Shown piece by piece: positions 49,996 through 63,262 of a stretch of DNA of 64,000 nucleotides. The notes beneath the pieces are model-generated. The model saw nothing but the letters and a program-made list of their open reading frames with translations, had not been told where the DNA came from and ran no database searches. Numbering within the stretch: the first letter of the stretch is position 1; each line of letters starts with the position of its first letter. A program made the translations under genes and the position numbers. This stretch comes from Camelus dromedarius (lineage: Eukaryota). The stretch spans positions 73,100,001 through 73,164,000 of the forward strand of contig NC_087437.1 of the NCBI RefSeq assembly GCF_036321535.1, read 5' to 3'.

Positions 49996-51934
49996 AGTGA
50001 GGTGAAACAAGCTAGTAACTCTCAACCTTGTTTCATCATTTAAGATGGGGGGCATCACTGAGGCCCTTTCTGACTTCGAAAACGGATGCTTCTGTCATAC
50101 TAGGTGTGCCTCTGACTGAAGCTGGTACTGCTGGAATAGGGGGGTTTGGGTGAACCTGGCCACATCATGAGCTCTTGTCACCACAGCACATCTCACGCTC
50201 CATCTAAGGTCTCTCCCCTTGGGCTGTTCACCTAATTAATAAAGCTGGAAACAATAAGAGCAGCAATGACTTTCTAATCCCCTTATGTTTAGGTCGTTCT
50301 TATTTTTCAGTTCTTCAGTGCAGCTGACATCATCCCACTAACCCCCCCACTGTATTTGTGTCGCTTTATTTTCTGGTGTCTCTTACTAAATGCACTTTAT
50401 AGAGATCTTCTGGGTTAAGGGAGCGCTGGAAATCCTCAGGCTCTCAGACATGTAAAGATCTGGAGATTCATCCGTACGGGGGGCTCTGGTCCTGCTATCA
50501 GTGAGAGCAGTGAGGGGTTTGAAATGACACCCAAGAAGCTCTGCCCGAGTCAGTGTCTGGGCAAAAGCGACGAGGCGAGTCAAAAGAGAGGGAGCATAAG
50601 AAGGCATTTTGTAACGGTATAAGACCTGGTGGCAGAAGTATCATTATTATCGGGTCCTACCTTTCCTTCTTTTCCATGTTTTGCTTGTTTCCAGGGAGTC
50701 ATAGACATTGTGAATGATGAGGCAGAATGGAAACCTGACCGGTGTGGCCCATTCACACCACACAGGAAATGAGATTATCAGCAATTTCTTCTAATAATGT
50801 AAAAGCAAAAGTGTTGAAACAAAGGTTTTGACAAATGAGTGTTTTTTAAAGCCAGACTAGTTCTCCATGTTCAAACATAAGCATGAATTAGTTCCTTCCC
50901 CAACATATTTTTACTGTTATAAATGTCTAGTTTCTGTCACCTAGTAGTATATTGGCCGTTACAATTAAGAAACATGACAATGAAACTACTGATTTTTGAC
51001 CATTATCAAAGCAATTTATCATTAAAGAGAACGTATTAGAGCACTATATCAAACAACCATTGCATCATGGAGACTAAGGTTATTAAGAAAAAGATTTTTA
51101 TTCTTAACTTTTTAATATTAGGGTATTGCCCTGTGAGATATTTTGATGTGGGAGTTACAAAGCAAATTCAACTCATGTAGGAAGGTTACAATAATATTTT
51201 AAGGAAAGAAATGGATTAAACAAAGGAACATTTCAGGAAAAATGTAATCTCTTGATAACACGACTATACTCTCTTTTTCCACAATGACAATCTACCTTCT
51301 CCCCTTTTTTGTATCTTCAAGATCAGAGAAGTGGTAATAAGTTGCTGCTTTCCCTGGTTGTACCTAGATTTTGTGTAGTGTATTTTAGAGACACGTTTAC
51401 TTTCCTCCCAGTCACAGCAAAGGATTATAAATCTATCAGCGAGTGAATCCTAGAACACATGGCTCATGGGGGAAAACAGCTGGCATTTAGCTCTGGCCAG
51501 CTGTCCAGAGCTCAGCAACGTTCCAGAACAGAGAAACTAAGGAAATATTTAGAAAATGCAAGCTAAGAAATTTATACCAATCTCCTCCACTAGATTCAAA
51601 AATATAAATTGCCATTGCACTATTTCTGAGAGCAGAAGTTAATGAAATCATCCCTGGTCACCCAAGATCTGACTGAACAAAAATACTAGTTGCCATTTCA
51701 GACTATTTTTTGTATAGATGGCATCCATCTGGTTAAAACCACAACAATAAGCTTTTTGATAACTGATAAGCTTTTCAATTGCATGTCAGGTACATTTGCT
51801 GACACCGTTAAATTAAAAGAGCAGGGATGATTCATATGCGTAAGATGGACTGTCTGCAAATTTGCATCAGCCTTCAGACAAGTAAAAATAAACTTCAGTT
51901 TAAGATTCTGAGTTCATGAATAAAAAATTATTTA

Positions 51935-52850
51935 ACAGGCTCCTTGGAAATGTGGCTACTTCTTGGGCTGGGGCAGAGAAAATAAAGGTAAGCCTGAAGC
52001 ATATAATAGTGCTAGAAAGAAACTGCTTTAAATATGAAAGAACAAAAAAAGGGAAAAAGATAGATGCACGTCACAAATGTCATTTGTCAAAAGGACATAG
52101 GAACCAAAGTGACAGACCTTCCAATGACCAAAACTAAACCTATTTGAGCAACAAAATAACTAACTGTAGCACTGGATTAAAAAACCAATGAAGCAAATAT
52201 TTATCTATGTGTCTACATTAATGTAAGTAAATGACTGGATAAGAAATAAATGGGGGTGGAGGGACAAATCTTCCTTAGATAAGAAATCTAAGGAATATAT
52301 GTAGACACTCTCCACTCCAGGAATCACAGCTAGATTTCCCTCCCCTTGAGTACAGGTTGAACTTAGTGACTCACTTCCAAAGAACAGAGTATGAAAAGGA
52401 AAAAACAGTAACTTTAAAGGGGACAGACACGACAGACACCATCCTTAACCAAGTGATCAGGGTTAACATCACTGGTGACAAATCATGTTGATAATATGCA
52501 CCCAATATAATATAAGGCAATGAAAAGGTCATTTCACCTCTTGCTATGTTTCCTGCAAAGCCATAACCCCAATCTAATCACGAGAAAACACCAAACCCAA
52601 CCTGAGGGAATTTCTACAACATATCTGATCAGTGCTCTCAAAACTCTCAGTACATAAAAAACAAGGGAAGACTGAGAAACTACCACAGACTAGAGGAGAC
52701 TTCAGTGACATGCTGAGCAAATGCATTGTGTTATCCTGGATCAAATCTTTCTGAAGAAAAAGGACAATAACAGGAAAAAAACTGATGAAATACAAATAAA
52801 GTCTGTAGTTTGACATTACTAAGATGTTATTATTAGGGGAAGATGGATGA
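51935..52850 (+). mobile_element. L1MC/MD-type 3'UTR
   Basis: 'ggctccttggaaatgtggct..gggctggggcagagaaaata', 'gacagacaccatccttaaccaagtgatcagggttaacatcac', 'ccataaccccaatctaatcacgagaaaac'. Confidence 0.85.
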
Positions 52851-53834
52851 AGGCAGTATCAAGTTTGAACTTTAAAAAGAACATATTCAAACACAGTTTT
52901 TAACTTTGAACATTCAAAAAAGGTGCACCCCCATTTCAGGGAGATTAGTTTGTAAGGAGACCATCGGTTCTCTCCAAGGTGTTCTTGTTGACAGCCTCTG
53001 AGAGACATGGGGTGGCCATCGATATTTGCATCTGTTCTTGTTAAAGTCCTTAATTTTTATAAAAGGGTATTCATCCTTCCACTACCTTAACTTATTAAAG
53101 AAAACATGTCTGTGTATTAACAAATCTCATCAGATTATTGCATTCTCAAGGCTTGCCAGGAAGGACAATGACAAATTCATTATTGCTTATTTATTAAAAG
53201 CTTGAATGAAAAAAAAAATTATGTCAAATTGCTTGAAGGAAATACAGTACATCCATTTCCTACGCACTCTAAAATCTAGGTGTGAATTAAGCCAGGTTGT
53301 CTGACCTGTCTAATATATTATGGGCATCATGCCACCTCCTAGACAATTGCTTTATACAGAATTACTGTTCTGTAAACTGTCACTAGTCTGAACTGAGGGA
53401 TACCCAGATCACTCCATGAAACTCATCACTGTGCTTTCTAGAAGACTGCTGTTGGAGTTACTGTTTCTCACATTACACGGTATAATTCAGGTATATGAGA
53501 TTTCTTAAGTATCAACAATAGGATTACATGTGCCCCTATTGAGAAAGGGATGGGTTTTTAACTGAATGCACCTTCTGGATTATGGAATTGGTCGTTTCTC
53601 TTTTTGCACTGGGTGCTAGAAACTCATAGTTGAATTTGTGGCTGACATCTAACAATTATACATAACATCAGAGAAATGCATCCCAATGCTAATCTCACTT
53701 CTGACTTTATTTTGTTACTGCTCCTTTACCTTCACCTTTATATGTATTACTTATATCATATTGTTGATTCATGTTCATTGTGGGGACATTTAGAAAATAC
53801 AGAAAGACAATCATTTTTTAGAGAAAGTTAAAGA

Positions 53835-54862
53835 AAAATAGCCCATGCTTCTGGGTTGGAAGAATTAATACTGTTCAAATGGCCATACTACCCAAAGCAA
53901 CCTACAGATTTAATGCAGTCCCTATCAAATTGCCCAGGACATTTTCCACAGAACTAGAACAAATAATTCTAAAATTTATATGGAATCACAAAAGATCCAG
54001 AATTGCCAAAGCAATACTGAAGAAAAAGAACAAGGCTGAAGAAATAACCGTCCCAGACTTCAGACAATACTACAGAGCTATGGTAATCAAAATAGCATAG
54101 TATTGGTACAAAAACAGACATATGGATCAATGGAACAGAATAGAGAGACCAGAAATAACCCCACAGACTTATGGTCAATTAGTCTTTGACAAAATGTGCA
54201 AGGATATAAAATGAAGAAACAACAGTCTCTTCAGCAAGTGGTGTTGGGAAAGCTGGACAGCTCCTTGTAAATCAATAAAATTAGAACACTCCCTCACACC
54301 ATACACAAAAATAAACTCAAAATGGATTAAAGACATCATAAGCTTCTTAGAAGAGAACATGGGCAAAACATTCTCTGACATAAATTGTAGTAGCAATGTT
54401 CTAGTAGATCAGTCTACCAAGGCAATAGAAATAAAAGCAAAAATAAACCAACGGGACCTAATTAAACTTCTGCACAGCAAAGGAAAGTATAAACAAAATG
54501 AAAAGACAACCTACAGAATGGGAGAAAATATATGCAAATGATGTGACTGACAAGGGCTTAACTTCCAGAATACACAAACAGCTCAAAAAACTTAATAAAA
54601 AAAAATTAAAAACCAAACAATGCAATCAAAAAATGGGCAGAAGACCTAAACAGACATTTCTCCAGTGAAGACATACAAATGGTCAATAGGCACATGAAAA
54701 AATGCTCAATATCACTAGTTATCAGAGAAATGCAAACAGAACTAGAATAAGGGATGACCTCACACCAGTCAGAATGGCCACCATTAAAAAGCCCACAAAT
54801 AACAAATGCTGGAGAGGGTGTGGAGGAAAGGGATCCCTCCTGCACTGTTGGTGGGAATGTAA
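53835..54862 (+). mobile_element. Young L1 ORF2 internal/3' fragment (frameshifted, lacks 3'UTR and tail)
   Basis: ORFs 53879..54100 ([39 protein letters not shown]) and 54702.. ([29 protein letters not shown]). Confidence 0.95.
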
Positions 54863-54929
54863 CTTGGAAGAAAACACATCTATTTTAATTATTCTCTCCC
54901 TCTCCCTCTCCCTTCCTCTTTCTCCCCAT

Positions 54930-55060
54930 CCCCTCTTTTTAACAGATGAGGGAATTGAAATCCAAAAGGGTGACACAATCTGCCCCAAATTACACAGTTC
55001 TGTGGCAGAGGTAAGGATAAAAATCTAGACTCATTGATTTCTAGCTCAATTTCCCTTTCA
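54930..55060 (-). mobile_element. MIR fragment
   Basis: 'tttaacagatgagggaattgaaatccaaaagggtgacacaatctgccccaaattacacag'. Confidence 0.7.
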
Positions 55061-55299
55061 CTTTACTGGGTGGGGATTATATATGTATACAGTAATACCA
55101 ATGATAGAGTCAACTCAAAGATGGTTAACAATGGTTAACTGAACTCCTACTGCTGAGGTTGGATAGCTCAAGGGCCAGCCTTTTGATGTGTGTCTAAGTT
55201 GGGACTACACAGTGAAAGATTTTAGCCATTATGTCTGTTTATCTTCTGTTACTTTGCACATAAAAATGCTGAAAAATACAATCTGTAATAATCTACTAC

Positions 55300-57450
55300 A
55301 TTACTGTTGAATTTCTACCTAGGCTTGAGGCTTTGGTCAGTCCTTTGATGGCAGAGTCACTATGATCTCCAATCTCTCTGCCTCCTTGGACTTCTTCCCA
55401 TTCATTCCCGGTCCCAGTCCTCACCCCTCCCTCACCTCATGCCCTAGAAAACAGCTCGAGAGGGGTCACACTCTGAGGAAACTTCATATTCCAGCCCAAC
55501 AGCCCTTGATAGATTCAGACAGCGGCTCCTAATTAATGTTCAGAAATTCTTTTTCTCCTAATTAATTCTCTGAAAAATTCCACACCGTGGTTGTTGTCAT
55601 GCTTTCCCTCTACCCTTGTGTCTAGTTCCATCTTCTTAGCAGATAACCCCGTCTCTTACTTCACTGAGAAGCTTGAGGCCACTTTCCTTTTTTCTCTCCC
55701 AGACAGTACCTGCGTATGTACTTTGAGCACAGTCCTATGGACTCTATATACTCTTTCCTAGGTTAATTCCGACACCCACCTCTTGGTCCTCTACTCTCCT
55801 CTCCAATTCCAAACCTCCTGCTTTCCCACAGATTCAGATTTTTCTCTATCAATAATTCCTTATGTCTGGTTTGCTCAAAAATTTTCTTTGTTGGCTCTCT
55901 ATCTTCAAAAATGCTCAGGTCTCCACTTTCTTGAGGAAAGCATCCTTGAGCTTATTGTTCATTTAGCTGGCCCTGGCCCTTGGAAAGTGCATTAACTCTC
56001 AGTATTGGAGTTCCTTTGCAGACCTGTATCTCCAGCCTGTACCTTTCTCCTAAGCCACAGTGAAATTGTATTTAATTCCGTTCAAGATCATCCCAGTTTA
56101 GTTCAATCAGTTTAAGAAAATTTGATTTCACATTTGTTACCACCTTTCATTCTTCTGTTTCTGACTTTCTACACCTTGATTTCATTTTCCTTGGTTCTCT
56201 GACCTCTTTTTGTATATAAAACTATTCAAGTAATCCTCGCTCCACATATTATTGTGGCTCAAATTGACACCTCCACATAACAGGTGCCATTCTTCTATTT
56301 CTGCTTTGGTACCACATACCAGGTATATAACCCCCTGTGTCTATGGAATTAACTGACTTGTTTCCTGTTCAGACTCTTCCCCAGCAGCCGGGGACCGGGT
56401 AGCTGCCTGGTCAGGCCCCCGTTATCTTACATCCCAATGTTTACAATGACCTTCACACAAGATTCCTAGCCAGTGGATCCTGAACAAAAATGGAAAATCA
56501 AATTTCCCAAAAGAAAACAAACACTACTATTCACATCATCCCTCTCTTCAAAATTCCTCACTGTCTTCCCACAATGTATTCCAAGTTCCACAAGCCCAAG
56601 TTCCTCAGCCTAGAATTCAAAGTTTCTACGCAGGTCTGCGTCTCTAATCTCTTCATTTCTTTCACCAGCATGAATTCATCTCTTCAACCAAATTTGTCCC
56701 TTAGGTATGTCCTGCGCATTTCCACTGCAGCACTACCTTGCTCAAGCCATTCTTCCACTGTTAAGTCAAACAACTCTATCTTATCCACATCTTACCCAAC
56801 CAATGCCAAAAAAAAAAAGGCTGATTAAATAAATATCCATTGCTACTTAAAACATTGTTACCTAGGACCAAGTAGATGCTTCTCTAACTTGATGAAGGAC
56901 TTTCATCTGAAACCAGTAGTCACTACATTTAATAGTAAAGTTCTAAAAATAGTTCTACTAAAATGCAGAATAATATGAGGATGCTAGCTATTACCAATAT
57001 TATTTAATGCTGTAATGGAATTTAAGAGATATCTATTTTGGCAAAGAATATCCAAATATATCTTAATTTGTAGATGATATGATTGTTGCCTACTCAGACA
57101 GCCTAAGAAAATCACATGCAAAAGTAGTAGAACTAATAAGAGAGCTTACCAAGGCTGCAGATTATAAAACATCCCCAAATCAATAGATTTTTTTCTATAT
57201 ACCTACCAGTAATGACCAGCTAGAAAAAATATAAAGAAAAAGAATACCATTCATAGTAATGCAAAAGTATATAATAAAAAAATTAAAAAGGAAATGTGCA
57301 GGATTTATTTGAATAAATCTGCAAAACTAATGAAGACTACATCTTACCCACCATTCAATGTGAACTGTGAACTCAGCTTAATTCTGCCACCTCCAAAAAA
57401 CTTTCCAAAACCAAGGTCAAAATAGTCTCACTCATTTGAACTCCTGCCAT
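55300..57450 (+). mobile_element. Long degenerate L2, interrupted by an L1 fragment at 56799-57338
   Basis: Pyrimidine-rich L2 motifs 'tcttacttcactgagaagcttgaggcc' and 'cacatcatccctctcttcaaaattcctcactgtcttccc..cccaagttcctcagcctagaattcaaag'. L2-like sequence resumes after 57350 ('ctcagcttaattctgccacctccaaaaaactttcc'). Confidence 0.7.
56799..57338 (+). mobile_element. Highly diverged L1 ORF2 reverse-transcriptase-region fragment flanked by a perfect 12-bp direct repeat
   Basis: 'tttgtagatgatatgatt' (FVDDMI, cf. FADDMI) and 'tagaactaataagagagcttaccaaggctgcagattataaaa'. ACATCTTACCCA at 56787-56798 and 57339-57350. Confidence 0.8.
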
Positions 57451-57499
57451 TTTCACTGTGGATAACAGTCAACTAATTCCTAATCACATAGCTCCGTAA

Positions 57500-57810
57500 A
57501 TTTAGGCTGAGATTCTTGAGATCACAATGAGTGGCTGTGATGTAACTGGTCACGTTAATCTCTTTAGCTTCTGCTTTCTCATCTGTAAAATGGGAATTAT
57601 AAGAGTATGTGCATCACCAGGTTACTGTGTAGATTACATGAATACTTTATAATTAATAACATTAATAATTTATAGTAAACAATATTTAATAATTTTTAAA
57701 ACAATATAATGAATCATAATTTAAAGTATGACTATAGTTTTACTAATTTGAATTTGTAATTCCCTGCTATACAACTTGGCACATAATAAGACCTCGATAA
57801 ATGGTAGCCG
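57500..57810 (+). mobile_element. MIR with AT-rich interruption
   Basis: 'cttctgctttctcatctgtaaaatgggaattataag' and 'cttggcacataataagacctcgataaatggtagc'. Confidence 0.75.
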
Positions 57811-59369
57811 CTAGTTGTAACTCTTGGTATGAGGTTACAATTAGTTGGCCAAGACGTTGACAAATGTCAAAAATGAATGATCCCTTTAATTCTATGGATG
57901 GCAACATGGGAAGAAATACAGACAAAACACAAAAACTGCAACTCAGAACGAAAAAGAGTCAGAAACTATAAGTAAAACATGGCCAAGGTCTAGGAATCAG
58001 GAGAACACATAAATAGAAGTTTGGAGTTGCTTTAGAATGCAGTTACTGGGAAAGAAGAAAACCAATGGGTAATCCAGGGGCCAGAAACAATCATGGAAAG
58101 TCCCTACTTGGTTTTAAAAGAACACTGAGCTTAGACTGGTAGGAAGGCGATGTATCCAGAGAGGTGATGGGTTGGATTTGCTGACATTCTAAGCACTGAT
58201 CCTACAAGAAATCAGAAGATGGCTTTCAAATCAGTGGGAAAAAGTGCAGTGGCAGCAGCCAAACTGTATACAATGAAAACATGGTATCTATGTCTATAGT
58301 AGACACACAGTAAATACGCTTTGATAAATGTGATGCCCTTTCAGAATAACTGAGATCACCTAGAGTGATCTTAATTTACAGTATTATGAAACAGTTGCTT
58401 GTTATCAACTGGTTCAAATGCCAAGTTCCAATTAGAGAGTATTCAGTCCACATGAGCTACAAAAAGCCAAAAGCTATTTTGAATCTGGCTATGTTAGCCA
58501 GTTTGACTTGAAGAGAAATTAATTTCTTAAATTATTATTTATCCATCTTGCTTCAAAAAGCACTGAAGGCAGCAGAAATCTGTATTTTCATTCTGATCCT
58601 TGTACATATTACCAAACCTCATTGCAGGAACATATGAGAACCCTCATATAATTTATTTTATGTAACTTTTTAATGTTACAAAGTGTGCTGTATATACTAT
58701 TATAAATTTTCAGAAACATTTGGACTATTATTTTAGCAAAGCTATTTTTAATGTTAACACAGCCACTACAGTGGAGATCCTCTAGACAAGGTCAAGTCAG
58801 GATTCAAGAGATCCTTTACAGTGTTTAGAATTTCATCCACCAATCTATTTTCCCCCGTATCTCTGCTGCTTAGAGCTCAGAGACCACATTGCAGATGGTC
58901 TCATATTGTATAAGGACTTCTTCTGTTGGACTAGTCTAATATCATTTTTAAATGAGTCAAACATAAATTAAAAAAAGATCATCATCTTTATCACATGATT
59001 AAGTTCACTTGCAAATTTTTTCATCCAACAATATTTAGAAAACATGCAACTTTCAACAGTGGTTTAAATCTTTTTCGCACGTAGTTATGAGCATAACTTT
59101 CATCCAAGTAGTCCTAGAAGACTTTGATGGATCACAAGGTAGTGCTCTAATGAGCTCCAGTGCGGGTGTTTTTGAGATGGAAAATAGAGGGTAACCCAAA
59201 TGGCTGAAAGGCTTAGCTAGCTCAACTCTCCAGTACTGTGTCAATAATTATGCATAAGGGAACCATAAACACACAAGACAATATGGAGAAACAAGATGAA
59301 AAGATTTTAAAAGTTAAGGAAAATGTAAACACCAGTTTGAAGCAACACTAAAGTAACATCACCTTCATA

Positions 59370-59606
59370 TTGAGAAGGGACAGCAGACTTTTCTGCTGAA
59401 AACATGAGTTAAAATTCCAACCCCACTGGTTATTAACCTCTGTTATTTGGGTGAGTTTTTGACCCCTAAAACCTAATTTTCCTTATCTATACAATGTCCA
59501 ACAGTAATATCTACCTCCTGTGTGTTTTGAGGATTAGGTAAAATGATTTATGCAGAAAACCTTAGTAAATTTTACTAACCAACACTATGAAAATAATATA
59601 AAGACT

Positions 59607-59672
<66 letters not shown>

Positions 59673-61665
59673 AATGCCATAAGAAGGCATGCTTATACAG
59701 TCTCCTTTGTTGCCTTGTGTCTTTTTACCAGGATGGTGTAAATTCAAGGAATGCAGAGACAGATACTAACATCTGTATGTTATAAAGAAAGAGCACTGCC
59801 ATTCACCTGATGAATGTTTAGAATGAAGAATAAACAAGATGGCAGGATCGTAGCCTGGTGTGTTTCTTCCCAGAGAAACTCAAGTCATCTTGTGGGTTTC
59901 TGTTGCTTTCAGAGATAGTCATGTAAATCAGCTGACACTTACCAGGAAGATACAAAAGCAGACTGATAAATTGCCCACCCAGTGAAGACCTTTGAAGATT
60001 TATGAGATTTCTCCATGGGAGAGGGTTGATCCACAAGAATCAGCAAGGCAAAAGAGATTTGGCCAGTGGTATTATTCAGCTCATAAAGGCACTCCCCCGC
60101 CTTTCCCCCTTTGGATAGCAGAAGATCTTAGAAGCCACTCTGCCTTTGCTGTGTGGACCCCTTTGTACTGGACACTACAGGAAAGTAGAAGCAAATTTTT
60201 AAAAAAAGAGGATTTATGGTACTTACACTCTGATGAAGACACGTGTGAATGAGGAATATATAAATCCCCTACAAATACTAAAGACAGTGTAGTACAGAGG
60301 TTAAGGTCACAAACTTCAGAATCAGATCCATCAGGACTAGCATCCCGTTAGTGGCTCCACTACTTACTAACAAAGTGACCATGTTAAAGTAACTCAAAAT
60401 TTCTCCGCCTCGGTTCCCATGGGGGTGATGATGTCTCATAGGGTGACGCGGGTATTACATGCAGTGACGTGTCATCCACTTGGTGAAAGCACTCAGTAAT
60501 GATGGCTATTATGTTTATGTTGAGGGAAATGATCTCAGTCTTGGATATATATAAGCACTCATTCCCTTGCTTCAGAATTAATTAATGATAATTTTGCCTT
60601 TCTTTAATTTTTCAAGTGCCTGAACACTGAGAGCTGACTTGTTGCTAGCTGGGAGACCAGAGGAACTAGAGGAAGAACAGACACAGAGGGGCTGTGGCTG
60701 GAGCCCTGCTCTCCCCTTTCTGATTAAGCTCTGACTGAAAGTAACCGAGCAGCCTGGTGTTAACTAACTTGCAATGTGGACTTGGAGGTGGACAACTAGG
60801 GTTCCAGTGCCACCCTGCCCTGTTTTGTTATCCTGGGCAAGTTCTTCACAGCTGGGCTGCAGTGTCCACCCTGTAAAATACTGCCTCATACAGACTCATT
60901 GGAGTTTAAATGAAATTAGTGTGTAAAATGCGTAACATAATGCCTGTTGATCTAAGCATTCAATACAATTTAGGTAGTAATAATAAGCAGGTCACCTTGC
61001 AGTTTAAATCTGAAAGTCTAATGTTACTGCAGAATCCCTTATAAGGAGTTAAAGCGGTGAATTCAAACTGAAGTGCTGTATCATTGGCACTATGTATCTT
61101 ATAACCAGGGTAAAAATTGATGCTAATTTGGGCAAAGGTTTTTACAGTTCTCGGATAGACAATAAGCTCCTATCTGATGTCTGATTCCTCCATGCTTCTC
61201 TGTTATTTTGCTCAAACCTCAGCTAGCTTTTGGTTAACTTATTCCCTCACAGTCTCTTATGATGAGACATTGTCAAATAGTTTACACCTAAGTGCCATCA
61301 CATAAAATATCCTTCACCTCCAAATAACTTAAGAGTCCAATCTGAAACTAAATATGAACCCCCTACAAAATCTGGAAAGCCCACTGATGTCACATCAAGC
61401 AACAAGCACACTTTGGCAGCACAACCCTTAAGCTGCAATTTAAATTTCCCCTCATTGAGCACCTTCTAATATCAGGTACTATGCTAGGCTCGTTATATAC
61501 TTAAATGAATTCTCTAACAACCCTGAAAGGTGAATGCTCCCATGCTCAGACTTGAAAAGCAGAACTTGAGACTTGAGACAGTTTGCTTAAGATCAAAAAG
61601 TTAAGAAAAGGCAGAGTCCAAGCTAGACTCCAAGTCTGTCTGACTTCAAAGCCTTTGCTCTCTTC
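59370..61665. mobile_element. MIR cluster (about 59370-59590 +, 60280-60515 +, 60760-60990 +, 61440-61665 -)
   Basis: Repeated MIR cores, e.g. 'gaggttaaggtcacaaacttcagaatcaga..ccactacttactaacaaagtgacc' and 'cattgagcaccttctaatatcaggtactatgctagg'. Confidence 0.7.
59611..59670 (+). repeat. (TG)30 microsatellite
   Basis: Perfect 60-bp dinucleotide run. Confidence 0.98.
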
Positions 61666-61969
61666 CTTAAGCCTCACTGCCTCTCCCTAGGAAATCGGGC
61701 AGCCACCCAAGTCCATCAGTAGGGACCACAGCCACCTGCTGGTGACCAAAGAGCCCAGACACCACAGCGGGGACCACCACAGAATCCACGCCCACCAGAA
61801 GATGGTGTGGAGGCAGCCAAGAAGGCCCCTGCTCCAGACTGTATTGGCAGTGGTGCCAGAGGGCCCAGCTGCAGGGGAGGCAAGTAGAAAACCTAGCTTC
61901 AGCAGGCTGCAAAGACAGAGGGGCAGGTAGAGCCTGACACAGAGAGCTTTACAAATAACCTATTTGGTC

Positions 61970-63262
61970 CAGTGGCTTTCAAATGTTGTTACTGCTCCCA
62001 GTGGTGTTTTGTTTTGCTGTTAACAGCAGCGTTCTTTTTTTTCTTTCAAATGAATTCTTATGTGCTACCACTTTATAAATGAATATATATAAATAAAAGC
62101 TCGGATGTTCTGGCCTGGGATCAAGGTACAGAGAATTAGGGCCTCCAGGCTCTTTGTTGGCTTCTGGTGGGTGAGTCCAGAGGCACATGTGTGGGTCCAT
62201 AAGGCTCTCAGGGGCAGTTTGAGAATCACTACATTACCTGTTAACAGAGTGTTGAAAAAAGAAAAAAGAACCTAACGTTGCAGGACCCTGTTGCACAATG
62301 AGCTTTTACTAGCAGTGTTTCTCAGAGTGTGCACAAGAATTAAATAAATAGTTTGCACAAATGCAGATTCCTTTTCCTTAGTCCAGACCCAGTACTTGGG
62401 GGAATTCTTAGCCAAAGATCTGGAAGACCTATTCATTGTCACCCCCCCCAAAAAACTCGTAGGCTCTCTTTATACGACGGCCGCTTGAAGGGTTCAGAAC
62501 TCAGAGTTACATCATTCAGAAGATTTTTTTTAATGAAACCCACAACTTGGTTACAACCTGTCCCTGCTGTAGTGACCTGCTTCCTGCACTTGATCCTGAG
62601 ATGATCAACAATGATGTCATCCAATGACAAATTTTCCTTGCTCATGTGAGTGACAGACTTCCTCCAGGATCTAATAAAAATGTTAAAAAAGCACAGGCAT
62701 GCGAAAACTGTCACAATACAGAGTAAGGTAAAAAGATTTTGAAAAATTCAACATGCATTTTTTTCTCCCTTAATTATAGCTTTCATAGAATAGTTCACAG
62801 AAATAAAAAGTCTCCAGCTTTGCCCTCCCAGACTCTCCTAGAAAGTTTATTAGACTCTGGGAGTGCAGTTCAAGAATCTGCATTTTCATGAGCTCCAGGG
62901 GTGATTCTCTGGCCTACTGAAACTACAGAGCCAGCAGTCTAAGACCTGGCTGCTTTGAGTGTGGCCCACAGAACTACAGAGCGGGCGTCCCTTGGAAACT
63001 CGGTGGAGATGTGGCATCTTGGGCCCCACTTCAGACTTGCTGAATCAGAATGTACCCTCCAACAAAGGGGCCCCGGGTGACTCTAATGTGCAGCAAAGTT
63101 TGAGAACCACTGGTTCACAATCTTGCTACTCGAAGTGTGGTCCTGGGTGCTTCTTCGAATTGCAGACTCTTAGGTTCTACCACAGACCTGACAAATCAGA
63201 ATCTGTATTTTAACAATATTTCCCAGGGAGCTTATAGGTACATTAAAGTGCAAGAGGTACTG
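61970..63262. mobile_element. Cluster of hAT-Charlie MITEs (Charlie-type element 61970-62231 and several MER5A/B-like copies)
   Basis: TIR-like ends CAGTGGCTTTCAAA (61970), TTTGAGAATCACTA (about 62218-62231) and TTTGAGAACCACTG (about 63099-63112). MER5 cores 'aaatgcagattcc', 'cagacttgctgaatcagaat', 'aatcagaatctgtattttaacaa'. Confidence 0.8.
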
